Origin: Geosiphon pyriformis uo1
Taxonomy: Eukaryota; Fungi; Glomeromycota
Direction: 5' to 3'
Length of the DNA: 64,000 nucleotides
NCBI GenBank assembly: GCA_016748015.1
Contig: JAAOMT010000003.1
Coordinates: forward strand, 562,373 to 626,372
Shown one piece after another: positions 52,302-64,000 of this stretch (position 1 is its first letter; each line of letters begins with the position of its first letter). The notes below the pieces were generated by a model, which worked only from the letters and a program-made list of their open reading frames with translations, did not search any database and had not been told where the DNA came from. The position numbers and the translations under genes are program-made.

Positions 52302-55300
52302 ACAGATTTGTTTATTTGACTCAAAAAATTAGTTGGATAGTAGTGGGTTTTAAGCAAGTGTAAATTTTGTGATGTTCTTCAAAAGATAAAATAGTAATTA
52401 ATTAGGAAAATTGAATAATCTGATGAGATTTATTTTGTGCATTAAAAACTATATTTATTGGAACTGTGAATCATTCAGTTAAACCAAAATCTTAAGTTTT
52501 TCTTTCACTTTTCCCTAATTGTTTTTTGTTTTTAACTGATTGTAAATTCGAAATGTTAATTAGAAATAGATAAATAGTTCGAGCAATTTTTTCAGCATGC
52601 TTTATTCTGAATGGTTTCTTAGTTTTATTTTATAACATGATAGTAATGTTTCCTGTATATTCTATATCTATAATTTCTCTTCTAATATTGATTTTTTTGC
52701 TTGCCAATAATAATTAGAAGCAATTTGTACTATTGCTTCTGGTGGTATTCTAAAAACAATTTTGAAATTAATTTTGGTAAGAAATTTTGGTTGAAGAACC
52801 AAGATATTCTTACCAAAATATCATAAGTCATATCTTGTATTAATTTTATAAGCTTTCTCAGGCTTGATTTCTTAACCATTGTTGTCAAAATATTTAAGTT
52901 GTAGAGCTAGTTGATTTTTAATAAGATAGATTGGAATTATTACAATTTTTTCTTCTGGTTTAGATTCTCCAAACTTAATTTTCTCCTGGTAATTTTTGCT
53001 GGACAAGAGGATACTAAGAGCATAATATTCTAGACACTATTTGTCATTACAAGGCATGATGTATTCTTCACACAATTAAATATTCATTTGCTCTAATCAT
53101 TAAATTTGAGCTTCTTGGATTGGGTAAGTGTAATTTGTAATTTGGTGGTATGTTTCTATTTTATCTTTATAGTTGAATTCAGCTAATTTTATAATGTATT
53201 CAATGTATTCAGCTTCTTTTATTTGGTGGACATTTTTTTGTATGGCTTTATTAATTAAAGCTATTGCTAGATTAAAGATTATTTTAATATCATAAGAGTA
53301 ATGATAGAGTTTGTTGAAAACACTGTTATATGCTGCATTAAAAGATGTTTCTCTTCTGACTTTTTTCGAAATTAATAGAGCATATTGGCAGGTTTAATTA
53401 CATACTTCTCCTTTTATTACAACATTAATCCAGTTGTATTCTTCTGATAACATATGTAAGATAAGAAGTATTGTTTCATTTTTCACTTTGTTTGGAATAT
53501 TCAAATCGTTTTCTATAGCATGCTTTATAAAAGTAGCAGGTACATGTTTCATATTTCTTTTTTGGGGATATATATATTCCCATTAACAAAAGTTTCTTTT
53601 TGCAATTTTTATATTTAAGTGGAATGTAAGATAGTTGTTTTTGTAGTTTTGATATAAAGTATCAAACAACATTTTATCCTCTTGTTTTTTCAAAAATTTC
53701 TTGTTTTGTTTCCTCAGTTCAATTAAATGTTAATCTAAAAACCATGTATGTTTTAATAATTAGCATTTTTTTCTCCTCTTCAAATTTGAACATTAAGGCT
53801 TTTTCAGATCATTTATTAAAAGTATCACAAGTGGCAAATACTTTAGTGTATTGTTTTTGGTATGAAATCTTCAATTTTTGGGTTTTTTAATCAAAATTTG
53901 TATTGGTCTTGAGAAGCCAATCATTTTTGATAAGAGTTTAGTATTGGAGTATATCTATAATAAGAACTTTAATTGGAATAATGTTCCTATTAATGATAAA
54001 TAAAAAGTTGTTAATTTCTTCTATTGGGGTTTTTTTTATACCATTAGTTGTAACAATTACAATTTGAGCTGGTCTGTCAACATTTTTTCTAAGCTGTTAT
54101 ATCAATTGATAGGTGATAATACTTCCAGCAGATCTACTGTTTAGAATTAAACAGATTTGTTTTTCTTCTATTTCAGCTTTAATATATATAGCAGTAATTG
54201 CTTTTTGTTCATTAACTGCTGCATTACTAAGCAAAAATAATAATTTATTGGCTTCAAATTCAAATAGAAATATATCTGAGAGATTGGTATTTTGAGCAAT
54301 TTGAGCTAGTGAGATGATATTGTTAAAAAGATTTAATTTTGGTGCTGTAACTTTACTTTTAGAAAATGCAGTTTGTTAAAAATCCTGTTCTTTGGGCATT
54401 GTGAGATAACTGGGTTTAGTGTGGTAGTAATTAAATCTTTGTTGACTAGAATTTCAAAGAACCAACTGGTTGTTTAAGTTGATTCTGTTGTTATTATTCT
54501 GAAATCAATTTTGAGGTATAAATTGGTTTTGGTGAACCAATCTTCAAGCAGATATTTGATATTATTAAGTGAATAGTAATTAATATTATTGAACTGGTAA
54601 AAGCTGTTGATATTGTTGTTGCATTGGTTGTGAATTAGATTAATAATAACTGTTTTAATTTTGTGGTCTTGGTGGGTAATAAGTTAATGGTGAGAGTTGG
54701 TAATAAGATAGTTGTGATAAAAAGTAATATTGATTATTTCTGTTTTGTTGGTTTTGTTGTAATTTTCTGCAATTTTATTTCTAATATTCTAAAATTCTAC
54801 ACTAATAATAGCTTTGTGGTTGGTTGTTAAATAATAAGAGGTAGTTGTTTTGATTGCATCATTGAGGTAATTGATATCTTTGTGGTTGTTATTGTTAATT
54901 GGTAAAATAACTTTTAACTTTTTTTGTAAGTTGGTCAATTTTTTTTTTAACTGCTGAACTGGTTTTTTCAATAGCAAGATTTACAAGTTTTGTGTAGTTT
55001 GCTTTTTCCATAGCCATTTTATAGTTTTTTGCATGTCAAATGACTGTAGCTAAGTTTGTTAGGATATAAGAACAAACTTTTTTAATCAATTTATTTTTCA
55101 ATCTTGTAATAAACTGATCCAAAATCTGAATATTAAAATAGTAGTTATTGGTTTCCAATTGTCAAATTTGTTAAAGCAGTTTGTTGAATTTCTTAAGATA
55201 GGTCATGACAGATTCAGCTGGTTCTTGCTTGATGTTTTGGAATTGGTTTTGGAGTGTAATAGATATGTTGTTGTCAGTAAATTGTTGTAAGAAAGCATTT

Positions 55301-56270
55301 TTAAATGCTTACCAGTTTTCAAAGGGTGCATCTAAGTTTTTAAATCATTCTCCTGCTGTTTTTTGAAAAAATATAAGATTGCTTTTAGCATTCTGGCTGC
55401 AGTTCATTCATTTACATCTCCTGCTTTCTGAACTTTATCAAGCTATTTTTGTGGACTGGTGTCAGCATTTTTTCTTGTAAACTCAATACTTTTTACAATG
55501 TAAATAGTTGCCATTTTTTCTTTGTTTTCAGTAGTTTCTTCTTGTTTTGATTTGGTTTTTTCACTTTTTAAGTTCTCTGAATAATTACTTTGATTTTTTT
55601 CTAAGTAATCAAAGAGGTTGGTGCTGGTTAATATTAGTTTCTGTTGTTAAGTAGGACTTTTTGGTAACTAAAAATCTTTTAATCTTGAAAAACGGATAAG
55701 TGGTGAATTTGGTGTTTGTGGTTAAGCAAGTGAAATTAGAAATAGTGTAATAAAAAGTGGTAATTTGATACTGGTTCTTTATTCAGGTGTTTGCAAGTAT
55801 TTGGCAGTTGTTTTTGGTGTGTTGTAAGTTGTATGGCTAACTTGAAGTTTCTCCTTCTGTTTTTTGTTGTTACTGTTTTCTGGTTTTAATTTAAAGTCAA
55901 GAGAGTATTTGAACTGTACTAGGTATTTTTTTTTACAATACTGAATAATATTAAAGTTAAGTTCTTGGAAATAGGTGTCAAGTGTTTCACTGATAAGGTC
56001 TTCAGTTTTCAATTGTGAATAATGCAATAAATTATTGTAGAAGTTGTTTCTAACTTCTAAAATGTTGTAATTTTTAAAAAAATAATTGTTGATGTGGTTT
56101 TTAATATATTGGTATAGTGATTTCTTGAAAATTTCAATTCTATCTTGAATGTTGAATTTTTGCTTGCAGTAAATGTAAATTGACTAATAATACTCTAAAG
56201 TTGTTGTGTTTGCTAAGATTATCACTTTGAATTTGTTGTTGCTGTATTGTTTTCATAGAAGAGCACTAAA

Positions 56271-57242
56271 TATTACTAAAAGTTTTTGGTCTCTTTTTTT
56301 GAATGTTGTTAATATCTGTTTTGCTGTAAATTTATGTTTTCTGGAAGTAGTTAGACTTCTAATAACTAAATTTGTCTTCAAATTATTTCTTATAATTTGA
56401 ACTGTTGGGCTTATAAATAGAATAGCCAATTTTATGCCAGTTATTTTATATAGTTATATTGTAGTAAATATCAACTCTTTCTTAAGAATTGCTTGTCTGA
56501 AAGCTTACTAAAATGTGTAGTTACTTTGCTATAAAAGTCAACTCTTTTACAGAAATTTTGTCTGTAGACTATCCTAATAATTATAATAAGAAAAATAAAA
56601 AATAATAAAAAAAATATAAAAGAAATAGAATTTTTTCAAGAGAAACGTTTTTTATTCAGGTTTGAAGTCATTAACAGATTATTGAAATTGGTAGCTAATT
56701 AATTTTAAAATATTAGTTGGGTTTTTTTTTGTGAATTTTAAGTATAATAATTAAGAATTTGGTTTTTAAATATTTTAATTTTTATTTGATTTTGTAAGAG
56801 TATATAAGAGATGATTTGTTCTAATTAAGATATCTAAAGTAAGATACTATAGTAAAATACATTTTCTTAAAAAGAGAAGCTCTTTTTTTATACAACTTGT
56901 TATAGTACTAGTCTTTAAACTTGCACTTTTCTCTTTGCTATAATTTTGGCAAAGTAAAAATACATTTCAGTAAACTACAAATTATTTCTACAAACTATTA
57001 ATTATTTCGGCCAATTTCTGCTAATTTCGACGAATTTTTGAATATTAAATAGTTCAGAATATTGTGTAATTTAATCATTTTAATTTTTATAGTACAAATT
57101 AAATTATTAATTGAATGATAATATTTAATAATTTGATTAAATAATAAGTGATAATTGAAATAATAATAATATATATTAATTAATAATAGAAATTACAAGG
57201 GTAATTTCATGTTAATTAATAGGTAAAATTCTATTGGTAACA
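56271..57242 (-). repeat. G2 5' LTR
   Basis: Direct repeat of 16577-17548, ends GGTAACA; decayed PBS at about 56251-56268. Confidence 0.92.
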
Positions 57243-58928
57243 ATGGTTTAAAGAAAACAATTAACAATTTATCTCTACAATCAAATCAGTTAACAATTAA
57301 TATAATTCATATTTAAAACCAAAACCAAGAAAATAACTATCTTATATCTTACTTAAATACAAAGATTGTAATAAAAAGTTTTTATTTATAGAAGCTTACA
57401 TATTATCTAAAAAAAAATATAAAACTTGTATTTGTTATTACTATAAAACCTGTTATTAAAAACAATTTAGCAGTTCAAAACAAAGCAAAAAATAGAACAA
57501 TATACTTTGTTTTATATGTAGAAAATTACTACTTAAAAAATACAACTAGATTAATGTTATAATAAAAAGAGAAATATATAATTAAATCTGTCAATATGCT
57601 CTGTTAATTTCTAAAAAAGTCAGAAAAAAAACATTTTTTGATACAATATACAACAGTACTCTTAATAAACTTTACTATTACTTACATAATACTAAAATAA
57701 TCTATGATCTTATTATGACTTTAATCAATAAAGTTATCTAAAAAAATATTTACCAAATGAAAAAAGTAAAATATATTGAATATATAATAGAATTAATTAA
57801 ATTTAATTATAAAGATAAAGTAGAAATCTATTATCAAATTACAAATTATGTTTATTCAACCAAAAAAGCTTAAATTCAATGATTAAAGCAAATAAACATT
57901 CAACTATGTAAAAAATATATCATACTATATAATAATTAATAATTTCTAAAATATTATGCTCTTAATATTTTCTTATTTAATAAAAATAATAAGTATAAAA
58001 TCGAATTTAAAGAATTTAAATTTAAAAAAAAAATTGCAATTACATCAATTTATTTACTTAAAAATTAATCTGCCATACAACTTAAATATTTTGACAACAC
58101 AGCTAAAAAATCAAACCAGAAAAAGAATAAAAAATTGATATAAAATATAATTTATAATATCCTGGCAAAATACTTTGGTCTTCTTATTAAAATCTCTAAT
58201 AAAAATTAATCTTAAGATTATTTTTAAAATTTTATTAAAAACAATAGTACAAATTGCTTCTTAATTATTATTAACAAGCAAAAAAATCAATGTTAAAAAA
58301 AAAATTATAGATACAAAATACACTAAAAATATTATAATTATGCTATAAAATAAAACAAACAAATTTTTTAAAATTAAACATACTAAAAAAATTGTTCAAG
58401 TTATTTATCTATTTTTAATCAATATTTTAAGTTTACAATTAGTAAACAATAGAAAAATATTAGACAAAAATAATAGAAGAATATAAGGTTTTAATTTAAT
58501 TAAATAATTTACAGTCTCAATAAATATAACTTTTAATGTACAGAATAAATTTTAGCAAATTCTTTAATTTTCATAACCAATTATTATTTTATTTTTTAAA
58601 GAACATTACAAAATTTATATTTGTTTAAAACTTACTATCATGCAACAAATTTTTGAATTAAATAAACAGATTTACATAAAACATAAAATTACAATTCCAA
58701 ATATTTATATTCTTAAGAAAACAAAAAAGTTCTGAATTATATTTTACAATCTTAACAATTACATAATTTAAAATATAAAAAGATATCTTGGAAGAAAAAT
58801 TAACCTATTAAAAGTTTACTAACTTTTATTAACAACAAAATTAATAACAAAAACAACATTAAAAATATTTAAAAAAAAAATAAAAAAATCTTTAATAACA
58901 ATAAAGCTTAGTTTTAAAAAGAAGATTA

Positions 58929-59902
58929 TATTATCAGCTAAAATTTAAAATATTAATTAGAATAAAATTATTCATATAATTCTTATTATTAACTAATATA
59001 TATTATTATTTTAATTTATTACTTATTTATTATCAAATTATTCAAATTATTATTCAATTAATAATTTAATTTGTACAAAACACAAATATAACCAAATTGT
59101 AATAATTAATTTATATAATATATTAAACTATATAACATTCAAAATTTGCTAAAATATTTAATAATTTAATAAAATATTCAACAGTTTACTAAAATTATCT
59201 ATAGTTTGCAGAAATAATTTGTAGTTTAAGAAAATATATTTTTAGTTTGTTGAAATATTAGAAAAAAAAATGCTAAATTATAAAATAGTACTATAATAAG
59301 TTGTATAAAAAAAAGCTTCTTTTTTCGAGAAAATATATCTTAATTCAAAACAATTTATTAAATATTTTAGTTAGAATCAATTATTTATTAGATATTTTCT
59401 TTACAAATTAATCTAAATAAAAACTCAATTAAAAACATAAATTTCTTAATTATTATTGTTTTACAATTAACTATTTATACTAATATTTTGAAATTAATTA
59501 ATTACTAATTTTAATAGACTGTTAATAATTTTTAGGCCTAAATTCAAAACAATTTTTTTGAACATATTTCTTATTTTTTTTTATATTATTAAGTAGTTTA
59601 CAATCAAGATTTTTTATAGAAAAGTTGACTTTTACAGCAAAATAATTACAACTATTTTTTTTAAAAAAGCTTATAAACATAATTTTTTTGTAAAAAAATT
59701 AGCTTTTATTACAAAGTAATTATATAAATAATTGGTATAAAATTGGTTATTTTATTATAAGTTTAACAGTATATATAGTTTTAAGTATAAAAAAATATTT
59801 TAAAAAAAGAATTAGTTTATTGGAAGTTTATTAACTTTTAATATTAGATTTAACTATAAAATACTATTTATTAAAAAAAGAATAAAAAAATTTTTAGTAA
59901 TA
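58929..59902 (+). repeat. G1 3' LTR (highly degenerate family A)
   Basis: Follows a decayed PPT (AAAAAGAAGATTA); colinear with the reverse complement of the G2 LTR; about 974 bp. Confidence 0.75.
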
Positions 59903-59906
59903 ATAT

Positions 59907-60900
59907 AACTAATTATAACTAAGTAATAAATAAAAGCTAAAAAGTAAAAAAATTAACTGTAATAATATTATAATTTTTGTAAAGTTTTAAATTCATAGTT
60001 TAAAATTTAAAACTAATAATTAATTATTAATTAAATAATTATAAATAATAATTTATTTTAATATAATTTTATTTGTAATAATAATTATAAATTTAAATTT
60101 TTTATAATTATAATTACAAATTCAAATTTTTTGTAATTATAATTAATTTAATTGCAATAATCATAAATAATGTTAAAAATAATTATTGTTTTAATTGTTT
60201 TTATAATATTATAAAAGTTAATATATTATTTAATTATTAATTAAAAATTTCTTTGATTTTTAATTTATGTTATTATTAAATTGTTTTAGTTTAATATTTA
60301 ATTCAAATAATTTATTTATTATTAAATTAACAACTTGAATGTAATTAACTTCTAACTTAACCAAATCAAAATTTTTAATTAATATAACTACTTAAAACTT
60401 AGTTAAGTATAATAAATGTATTTATTAAAAAAATATTATTGCACAATTTTTTAATAAATTGGTTTAAAATTTGTGGTTTTAAGTAATAATTGATATTTAT
60501 AATTTAAATTTAACACAATTAATAATAAAAATATTTTAAATATATAATATTTGTTTTATTATTTTTTTGTTTAATAATATTAAAATGCATTTGTAATTTA
60601 ATATTATTATTATAATTACTTAAGTATTATAGAAATACTGTTTTAAAAATATTAAAAATATTAAGTTTATAATTAAACTTTAATATTATAAATCTATTAT
60701 GTTCTAAAAATTGTTTATAGAACTTTAATATTATTTTAATTATTAATAATAATAACTTTTTTTATGTTATTAACCAAATTTAAATGTTGTTTTTTTATTA
60801 ATAAATTTTTAAGTTAAATAATAATAACAAAAATATATATATAAAATATAAAATAAATAATAAAAAAACTTTGATAATTAATAATATTAATAATAAATAT
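59907..60900 (-). pseudogene. Extremely AT-rich Gypsy gag remnant (G3-like)
   Basis: About 60330-60480 still aligns by eye with G3 gag at about 48920-49080 (ELEANH and ILNQFI regions). Confidence 0.5.
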
Positions 60901-60921
60901 ATTAATACAGCTAAATTTAAA

Positions 60922-63900
60922 TTTTTTTTTATTAATGTTTTACAAGTACAATCCAATTACTACCTAAGTACATAAAATCAAACAAGATTCTAAATTAAAT
61001 ATGGCTCATGCTTTTTCTATATGTGATTGGTTATTTGGATTAGTCAAGACAGCACTATGCTTACAAAAGATCTGTTAACAAAACATTACTCAGAAAACCA
61101 AATCCCAAATCAGATAGATAAAAACACAAACCAAAGCACATATGAATATCCAATCTAACACTAAAGCTGTGGATAATCTCAACAGCCCAAAAATTTGACA
61201 AACTAGTAACCAATGATACAGTAGCTTTATCACATTGTAAAAGATTGTGCTTTTCATAAAAAGATCTCAATTTGGCAGCAGGCAACCAAATACTAGACCT
61301 ATAATTTTTGGCAACACTACAAACCAATTTGACAATTAAACTGCCATCAGATACAAAGCCAAAATGATGAATAGTATTAGCCACCCAGCTCTTCAAAACA
61401 AACTTTTTGGTCAATAATATGTATAAGTTACCAGACAATTCAGTCTTATACAGAGATTGGACAACCACATTTCTCAAAGCAAAATTACCAGCCAGTTTAT
61501 ACTACTTTATACTAATGTTCAATAATAAATTCTTCTTGGCATTATTATTATATACACATAAAAACAAGTGATTAGAATTTTCAACTATCCCACACCTAAT
61601 GCATGCTATGCTAAAATACTTAGAATCATATAATCTTTTTCTTATGGTGACCAGCAGACAACAATATAGAGCTTTCATTAGATAGGACTACAAAGAAGCT
61701 GAAGATGAACTGGTATAGCCAGAACAGATCTTACCATCAAAATGCCAAACATTAAAAGATTTAGCCATGTTAACTTTGCCAGCAACATTTACATTCATAA
61801 AACAGACAGTATATTTGGATTTCTAATTGACAAAATTAACAATGTTGAACAAACTTCTAACAAAATAACGTGTATTTTCAAAGACAAATCTGTCTTCAAT
61901 ACTAAAAAAGTGACACAGCAAGCTTAAAGATAGCACAGACCTAGAAAAAACTGCCACATCAGCAAAAAAAATCTGCTTGCTCATTTCTGACAATGCCTGA
62001 ATGTTTTTTGACTTTTCTCTATATGACTAACAGATTCTTTTTTAAAATAGTCTGATGAATATGTTCCTTTTTGATCCAGCACTTACAGTGAAAATTAGGA
62101 CCAAACATACCCATATTGAATTTATACATATCTAGTGATATCTAACTGTCTGTAAACAGAGTAACAGTATTAGAAACAAGTATACACTTCAATACCAAAG
62201 TAAAGAACAGTAAACTAAGAACTTTCATGCTAATATTCATGTCAGCTTTTGAAAAATAAGCTGTAGTATTACCACAGACATTAATAGACCCTAAATTTTT
62301 GACAGAACCATCAGTATAAACATCAATAGAGCCATGTTTAAAAGCAAATAAATGCTCAGAAACAAAACCAACATTACAAAGAAAGTCAGTGAGAGTAAGA
62401 TGAAACACCATAGTCACACTATTACTCAAGCCACTATTTATGACAAAATCAGTAATAGAAACAAACCAGGCAAGAATTGGACCTCTAAGGTCAAGCCTCT
62501 TTCATCTGTAAAAAGTATTCCAAGTAAAGCATTTGTCATAATAATCCAGGAGTTGGTTAGCAAAAATAAGACCAAATTTTTTAAAAAAAGTCCTCACATC
62601 CAGATAACTACTTAGACCCAGCATGTCTAAGATTGGCACACTAGTTCTAGCCCAAAAAACATTAAAAAAAACACCATCCAAGGAAGTATTGCACAAAGCA
62701 AAAGTATGTGTAGCACTAGCCAGAAAACAATTTATAGGATTAATAAATAACTTAACCAGAAAACAGAAAGGATGCTGAGGCATTCAGCTAGTCATCTGCA
62801 AATTTATTGCTCTATAATTAAAAAATCTGTTAAGAATTCTACCAGCATTGCTAAAATTGACCAGATTGGCTATCAAATTCTCAGTAAACATCTGCTTAAA
62901 AAACTTTAGACCATATAACTCAAGATAATGCAGTGCTTTACTAGAAAAGTTTTTAGACAAATTTGTCTTGAATTTAAGCCCCTTTCTCAACAATTTGTTC
63001 TATTTCTCACAAATATTCTTAGAGACAAAGCTAAATTAAAGTCTGTAATTAACAATAGGCTGCAAAACAGCAAAAACCAAATACAAAAATTGCTTCTTAG
63101 TAATGGCCTTCCTTAAAACCACATTCGAAAAAAATTTAACATTGATATAAGTCTTGGCTAAATTTGGCTTGGACAAGCCATCAGTTAACAAAAAAATTCC
63201 CAAATACTGATGAAACTTGCTTCTTTCTGTCACCAAAATTCTTGAACCACTAATAGACAGTGCAGCTTCTCAAACATCTTGATTGATAGAAATAGCAACT
63301 GTTTTTTTAGTGTTTATTAAAATGTTATTAATAGAAAAAAATTTACTGGCTATGTCTAAAATGTTCTGTATTATTATTAAGCAGTTTTCAATCCAGATTG
63401 TGTTATTCACAAAGGCTCTGCAGCAAAAAATAAAGTCATATTATTACTCAGGTCAGATTTGCCAAACTTTGTGTAGAACTTTGAACACATTCTGTAACCA
63501 TACAATTGTTTATGTTTTTTGACCTCACAGAGTAACAGGTCATAGAAAATTTGTCATAGTAATGATAAGAAAATCTCTTCTTAATCTGGATCATCATGTA
63601 CAACATAACTATTAAACAGACCAAAATCTATCATAATCTAATTGAACCTATTATTGTGTATACTACCAAAAAAGTTAATAAAATGGGAACATATTTTGAT
63701 TCTGACTAAACTATTGAGCAAATGAGACCATTCAAAAGAATCATAAACTTTGTGCATATTCTGAAGAACTAACCACAATTCTTTGTTTTTCTCCAAGGCA
63801 TCCTCAATAATTGAGCCAACAGCAAAAATTGGGGTTTGTGTAGAAGTGCTCTTTAATACTAAAAAATTGTTATCATGCAAAATGTCAAACTTGTTGCAAG

Positions 63901-64000
63901 CCAAAAAAATTTTGTCTGAAAAAATTTTAGACAAAATTTTTCATGTAGTCTCAATTAGCACTATTGGCCTAGTATTGGTAAAAGTACTCTTTCTATTGTA
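60922..64000 (-). mobile_element. Second LINE (RT - RNase H - C-terminus and 3' UTR), continues beyond the window
   Basis: STQTPIFAVGSIIEDALEKNKELWLVLQNMHKVYDS (RT), VYTDGSVKNLG (RNase H), shared 3'-UTR motif, T-run at 60922-60930. Confidence 0.9.

Larger units (their letters stand above)
16577..57242 (-). mobile_element. G2: Ty3/Gypsy element (family A), internal parts 17549-21515 and 52306-56270, interrupted by G3
   Basis: Two 972-bp LTRs, TSD ATGG (16573-16576, 57243-57246), decayed PBS and PPT; ORF3, IN, RNase H, RT, dUTPase, protease and gag colinear with G4. Confidence 0.92.
5298..59902 (+). mobile_element. G1: oldest Ty3/Gypsy element (LTR family A), hosts nearly all other insertions; internal pieces 13162-14120, 14953-16576, 57247-58928; RT-RNase H-IN missing
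   Basis: Degenerate family-A LTRs at both ends; decayed gag, protease (LILDNRF from LILDSGS), Cys-rich and dUTPase regions colinear with the reverse complement of G4. ATAT flanks both ends but may be coincidental. Confidence 0.7.

Noticed and set aside
3631-63522. Numerous short antisense or I/K/N/L/F-rich ORFs in the track
   Set aside because: Shadows of retroelement ORFs or chance frames in AT-rich decayed DNA.

Overview
Eukaryotic, fungal-type AT-rich DNA; the element content suggests Glomeromycota (Geosiphon-like), which is recollection, not a search result. The first ~3 kb hold two intact, intron-containing convergent genes: the 3' part of an RPAP3/Tah1-Spag type TPR co-chaperone (+) and a PRELI/Ups1-like mitochondrial lipid-transfer gene (-). 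The other ~60 kb is one nested stack of retroelements that can be unpicked from LTR pairs and target-site duplications. It contains five Ty3/Gypsy elements (G1 +, G2-G5 -) from three LTR families, two solo LTRs, one full-length RNase H-bearing LINE, a second partial LINE and older remnants. All are pseudogenised by pervasive C:G>T:A mutation. Comparing the decayed copies reveals a conserved, unusual Gypsy architecture. A gag-protease-Cys-rich domain-dUTPase-RT-RNase H ORF, apparently starting at GTG, stops at a conserved position just after RNase H. Integrase follows as a separate ORF with its own Met behind a C/A-rich spacer. A third, ~235-aa soluble-looking ORF of unknown function runs up to or across the PPT into the 3' LTR. 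A 20-N gap at 30642-30661 has a 272-bp duplicated overlap, an assembly artefact.
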